Source of the DNA: Alphaproteobacteria bacterium
GTDB taxonomy: Bacteria > Pseudomonadota > Alphaproteobacteria > JAUHZC01
Direction: 5' to 3'
DNA length: 64,000 nt
NCBI GenBank assembly: GCA_030425805.1
Contig: JAUHZC010000003.1
Span: forward strand, 701-64,700
Of the stretch, positions 60,052 through 64,000 are shown piece by piece. Both the position numbers and the translations under genes were made by a program. The stretch's first letter is position 1. Every line of letters begins with the position of its first letter. Below the pieces are notes generated by a model. The model was not told the origin of the DNA. It ran no database searches and was given only the letters and a program-made list of their open reading frames with translations.

Positions 60052-61032
60052 TCAAACTCCAGAATAATCTTTCCTCAATAATGACAATACTTTTAAAAAG
60101 TTTTCTGGCAAATCTTGTGTGAAAGATAGCTCTTCTTCTGTTTCTGGGTGCAGAAAAGAGAGCTTATAAGCATGAAGAAAGTGTTGCCCCAGGGTTGAAG
60201 CCGTATCTGCAAGCTGTTTAGCCTTGGGGCCTTGATAGATACTTCCATACAAATCATCCCCGATAACGCCATGATTCATGTTTGCTAAATGCGCCCGAAT
60301 CTGGTGGGTCCGCCCTGTTTTCAACTGGCACTCTACAAGGCTTGCAAGAGCTCCAAAAGACTCTAGAACCTTGTAGTAAGTAATAGCCTCTTTCCCTCCA
60401 GACCTCAAAACCCGCATCCGATGGCGATCACGGGGGTGGCGGTCCATGGGGCGGTTAATAATTCCCACAGGAGGAGAGGGCACACCCCAGACAAGAGCCT
60501 TATAGCAACGGCTCAAGCTTCTTTCCTGAAACTGGTCTTTCAAATACCGGTAAGCCGTTAGGGTTTTCGCAACAACCATAAGCCCTGAAGTATTCCGGTC
60601 CAAGCGGTGAACAATCCCTGGCCTTGTTGGGTTTCCTTCATTCACACCGCTAATTTCTTCGCCACAATGGTAAAGAAGGCCGTTGACGAGCGTACCTGTA
60701 TAATGCCCCGGCGCAGGGTGCACAACGAGACCCACAGGCTTGTTCAAAACGAGAACGGACTCATCTTCATAAACAACATCTAAATCCATGGGCTCTGGCT
60801 CTAGAGTTCCAGAACCAAGGGGCTCCGAGAGATCTGTTAAGGAGAGAACATCCCCTTCTTTTGTCTTATACTTTGGGGATGTTTCCACCTCTGCGTTGAC
60901 CAAAACCAGCCCTTGGGAAATTTTCTTGACTAAGAGGGAACGAGAAAAATCGGGAAACCCGGCAACCAGGGCTTTGTCAAGGCGTAACCCCACAAGATCA
61001 TCCGTAATTACAAATTCTGTCACCGTTTCCAT
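60052..61032 (-). CDS. rluD: RluA-family pseudouridine synthase (RluD)
   Basis: S4 domain RLDKAL; NKPVGLVVHP, HRLDRNTSG, TGRTHQIR. Confidence 0.93.
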   Translation of the reverse strand: METVTEFVITDDLVGLRLDKALVAGFPDFSRSLLVKKISQGLVLVNAEVETSPKYKTKEGDVLSLTDLSEPLGSGTLEPEPMDLDVVYEDESVLVLNKPVGLVVHPAPGHYTGTLVNGLLYHCGEEISGVNEGNPTRPGIVHRLDRNTSGLMVVAKTLTAYRYLKDQFQERSLSRCYKALVWGVPSPPVGIINRPMDRHPRDRHRMRVLRSGGKEAITYYKVLESFGALASLVECQLKTGRTHQIRAHLANMNHGVIGDDLYGSIYQGPKAKQLADTASTLGQHFLHAYKLSFLHPETEEELSFTQDLPENFLKVLSLLRKDYSGV

Positions 61033-61063
61033 CCGCGATAAATGACAGAATTTGAAGCTTTTG

Positions 61064-61519
61064 TCAAAAAGGCTTAAAAAAGACGAGCCCTACGATGAGG
61101 AGGAGGAGGATGGTTGGAATTTCGTTGATCCACCGAAAAAAGACTTCTGAGTGGGTGTTTTCCCCGGAAACGAAGGCTTTATGCGTTTTAGAGAGAAACC
61201 CCTGAAACCCAGCAAGACCGAAGGCAAGAGTAAACTTAAGATGAAACCACCCTTCCCGCCAGGGCTCCCCCCCAAGAGAAACCGTCAGCAGGATGCCGAA
61301 CAAGAACGTTGCCATCATGGCAGGATTCATGATGACCTTGAGAAGTTTTTTCTCCATGGTGAGGAAGGTCTCATACCCCTTTTCTCCAGGAGAAAAACGG
61401 GTGTGATACACGAATAGCCGCGGTAGATAGAAAAGCCCCGCCATCCAAGCGACAAAACTCACCACATGGAGCCCCTTGAGGGTGAGATATACCGTTTCAT
61501 TTGCTAACCAATCAGCCAC
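61064..61519 (-). CDS. hemJ: Protoporphyrinogen oxidase HemJ
   Basis: GTG start 61519 with AAGGAG; WMAGLFYLPRLFVYH, IMNPAM, NEIPT, KPF. Confidence 0.94.
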   Translation of the reverse strand: MADWLANETVYLTLKGLHVVSFVAWMAGLFYLPRLFVYHTRFSPGEKGYETFLTMEKKLLKVIMNPAMMATFLFGILLTVSLGGEPWREGWFHLKFTLAFGLAGFQGFLSKTHKAFVSGENTHSEVFFRWINEIPTILLLLIVGLVFFKPF

Positions 61520-62516
61520 AGCAACACTCCTTGTATTTTGAGGGACAGACACGCTTAAAAGACTCGCTTGTTCTGACAAGATCCGCAAGTGTTTTGATAA
61601 AAGCAGGGTGAGCCCCCGAAACAGGAACCCGATGATACTCAGGGACACCTTTTTTCTCTGCTAGCTCTCGATACTCGACGTCCAGCTCCACAAGGGTCTC
61701 AGAATGGTCAGAAACGAACGCCAGAGGCACAACGACCAATCCCAGCCCCCCTTGTCCTGCTTTTTCGATCTCGGCGTCTGTATAGGGCTCTATCCACTTC
61801 TGAGGACCCACCCGACTTTGGTACGTCACAACCCAATCGAACCTTGGGTGCTTTTTTTCAACCTCCGCCGCAATGGCTGCTGCTGTCTGCTCAACCTGCC
61901 ATTGGTAGGGGTCTCCTTTGTTGATAATTGACTCTGGAAGCCCGTGAGCTGAGAACAAAACCCGCACCCTTCCTTTTGCTTGGTCTAGCGCCTTAATCAA
62001 CGGCTCAGCATAAGAAGCGATAAAGCCTGGTGCCGTTGGGTAACAGCAAGGAACCAGGAGCGGGACACCTCCAAGCCCCTCACCCTGGAGCGCTTCTTTC
62101 CACTCTTTCAGAGAAGACCCGGACGTTGTTGTCGAGAACTGTGGGTAGAGAGGGAGAGCCACGATCCGATCTGGCTGGTAGTCCCGCACCTCTTTTACAA
62201 CCTCTGCTGCCCGGGGGTGCCAGTACCGCATCACGATAAAGACTTTGTGCCCCTCCCCCAGCTCTTTCTCCAGGGCCCTCGCCTGAGCCTGGGTGTTCTC
62301 AAGAAGAGGGGAGCTCCCACCAAGCTGCTCATAGATCTCGGCAGCCTCTTTTTCGCGGCGTGATGAGATGAGCTTTGCAGCAAACCAGCGGAGAGGACGT
62401 GGTAAAGGAAAAATGGCGGGGTCAAAAAAAAGGTTGAACAAAAAGGGTTTCACGGAAGAAGGGTTATCAGGTCCCCCTAAGTTAAACAAAACAACCGCTG
62501 TTCTTGTCTTTGTCAT
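61512..62516 (-). CDS. hemH: Ferrochelatase
   Basis: NLGGP, GGSSPL, PLYPQFS, FSAHGLP, FVSDHSETLVELD. Confidence 0.97.
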   Translation of the reverse strand: MTKTRTAVVLFNLGGPDNPSSVKPFLFNLFFDPAIFPLPRPLRWFAAKLISSRREKEAAEIYEQLGGSSPLLENTQAQARALEKELGEGHKVFIVMRYWHPRAAEVVKEVRDYQPDRIVALPLYPQFSTTTSGSSLKEWKEALQGEGLGGVPLLVPCCYPTAPGFIASYAEPLIKALDQAKGRVRVLFSAHGLPESIINKGDPYQWQVEQTAAAIAAEVEKKHPRFDWVVTYQSRVGPQKWIEPYTDAEIEKAGQGGLGLVVVPLAFVSDHSETLVELDVEYRELAEKKGVPEYHRVPVSGAHPAFIKTLADLVRTSESFKRVCPSKYKECCCG

Positions 62517-63535
62517 GATGCCTCCCGCACGTAAGAAATAAAGGCCTCAACATGTTTGGGGGGGGTGTTAGGCACAACGCCATGCCCTAGGTTCATGATG
62601 TGGGGGCGGCCCTTGAAGGCCTTTTTGTAGCGCTGAACCTCCTGGCGCAAAATCTCCCCCCCGACCACCAAGGCCTGAGGATCCACAGCCCCCTGAACAG
62701 GAACGCCCTTTCCTAGCCTCTGGTTCACGGCTTCTGGGTTCATTGTGTAGTCAAGGCCAACAGCATTCACACCTGTCTTCTTCACATAATCGACGAGATG
62801 CTCCCCCATTCCCCGAGGGAATCCAATGATCGGCACTCCTGGACAGGCTAAGCGTACCCGATCAACGATTTGCTTTGTTGGCCCAAACACAAAGGGCTCG
62901 AGTCCCCCATAAGGACAAGCCCCGCCCCAGGACTCAAAGATCTGAAGCACAGAAGCTCCTGCCTTGGCCTGAGCCACAAGGTGTGTTGACAGCGCATCTA
63001 CAAGCAGCTCCATCAAAGCCTCCATCTCCTGGGGACGGGAAAGGGCAAAGTGACGCACACCGTCATGAGCTTTGGATCCTCGGCCTTCAACCATATAGCA
63101 AGCCAGGGTCCAGGGCGCTCCACAAAACCCAATAAGATCTTTCTCAGCCCCGATTGCCAAACGCGCCAACTCTACGGCCTCATACACAGAGGCAAGAGCC
63201 TGGGGATCATACTTGAGCCGAGGGACCTGTAAGGGGCCAAGCTGGGGGCCCTCTCCCCGAACAAAGGAAACGTCTTGACCCATCGCGTGAGGAATCACGA
63301 GAATGTCTGAGAAAATGATGGCTGCGTCTAAGTCAAATCGCCTCATGGGTTGAAGTGTGATCTCCGTTGCAACCTTGGGGGTGTAGCATGCTTCTAAGAA
63401 GCTTGCTTGGGTTTGGCGAAGCTCCCTATACTCGGGAAGATACCTCCCAGCTTGGCGCATAAGCCAAACAGGGGGAGCCCCGTCTTTTTTACCGGCAAGG
63501 GTTTGACAAAGGTTACCCATTTCTTTTGATACCAT
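62513..63535 (-). CDS. hemE: Uroporphyrinogen decarboxylase
   Basis: PPVWLMRQAGRYLPEY, IIFSDIL, GAPWTLACY, NLGHG. Start at 63535 or 63520. Confidence 0.97.
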   Translation of the reverse strand: MVSKEMGNLCQTLAGKKDGAPPVWLMRQAGRYLPEYRELRQTQASFLEACYTPKVATEITLQPMRRFDLDAAIIFSDILVIPHAMGQDVSFVRGEGPQLGPLQVPRLKYDPQALASVYEAVELARLAIGAEKDLIGFCGAPWTLACYMVEGRGSKAHDGVRHFALSRPQEMEALMELLVDALSTHLVAQAKAGASVLQIFESWGGACPYGGLEPFVFGPTKQIVDRVRLACPGVPIIGFPRGMGEHLVDYVKKTGVNAVGLDYTMNPEAVNQRLGKGVPVQGAVDPQALVVGGEILRQEVQRYKKAFKGRPHIMNLGHGVVPNTPPKHVEAFISYVREAS

Positions 63536-63840
63536 TAATAATATATTAAAAAATTGTAATAGTAGTATGGCTGGGGATCATGGGGATTCAAGGAAAAAGA
63601 TATCCCCACCCCAAAAAAACAAAAACCCGTGGAAAAAGGGGAGAGATTCATGAGGCCTAGAAAGAGCCTTCTTTTCTCGAGGCGCTCTTTTGGGGGGAAC
63701 TCTGTGGATGAGCTGGGGGTAACTTTTTTGGCACTGAATCAAAGGGGTGTGGATAACTTGCGGATAAAAAACCAAGAGCGGGTGTGTATTTTTACACTTT
63801 TGGAGTGCACACAGAGATCTCCCCGGTTTTATCCACAGCC
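63534..63840. other. Chromosomal replication origin (oriC)
   Basis: Upstream of hemE as in Caulobacter/Rickettsia. Perfect DnaA boxes at 63748 and 63829; near-matches at 63572, 63628, 63703, 63759; TCCCCA motifs; trios TAA TAG TAG TAT at 63557-63568; AT cluster 63534-63555. Confidence 0.88.
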
Positions 63841-63875
63841 TTGACCCCCTTGCATCTCTCCATTACATCTATCAT

Positions 63876-64000
63876 ATGAGAGAAATCGTTCTAGATACCG
63901 AAACCACAGGTCTTCGTTTTGACGAGGGACACCGCCTTGTTGAGATTGGGGCTGTGGAAATTGTGAATCTTGTCCCTACCGGGAAGACGTATCACGTTTA
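63876..64000 (+). CDS. dnaQ: DNA polymerase III epsilon subunit, 5' part (truncated by window)
   Basis: Not in ORF track. ATG 63876 gives [41 protein letters not shown]. Confidence 0.93.
   Translation, partial: MREIVLDTETTGLRFDEGHRLVEIGAVEIVNLVPTGKTYHV

Overview
Chromosomal segment of an alphaproteobacterium, most likely a Holosporales/Rickettsiales-like host-associated lineage. This is inferred from gene content, dispersed T6SS genes and many orphan signal-peptide proteins. The window ends at the probable replication origin, which lies between hemE and dnaQ and has DnaA boxes, DnaA-trios and an AT cluster. Most of the window is housekeeping: pssA/psd, rnd, rph-rdgB-hemW, hrcA-grpE, thyX, hslUV, comM, infC, parAB, rsmG, rho, rpoH, rluD, hemEHJ, tRNA-Cys and tRNA-Asn. 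It also carries part of leucine catabolism, olsBA-like ornithine-lipid genes and isolated tssF-tssG. The most striking accessory locus (42135-51279, between infC and parB) is a duplicated signalling module. It has two divergent sodium:solute-symporter/extra-membrane-sensor/histidine-kinase fusions, two LqsR-like response regulators, two paralogous XRE regulators and one orphan gene. It resembles a transporter-fused version of the Legionella Lqs/Vibrio Cqs circuit with no synthase recognisable in the window. Also notable are a lysozyme-MuF fusion behind two exported proteins, a second DnaA-box/IHF cluster about 37 kb from oriC, and several candidate secreted effectors. All family calls come from motif recognition by eye; no searches were run.
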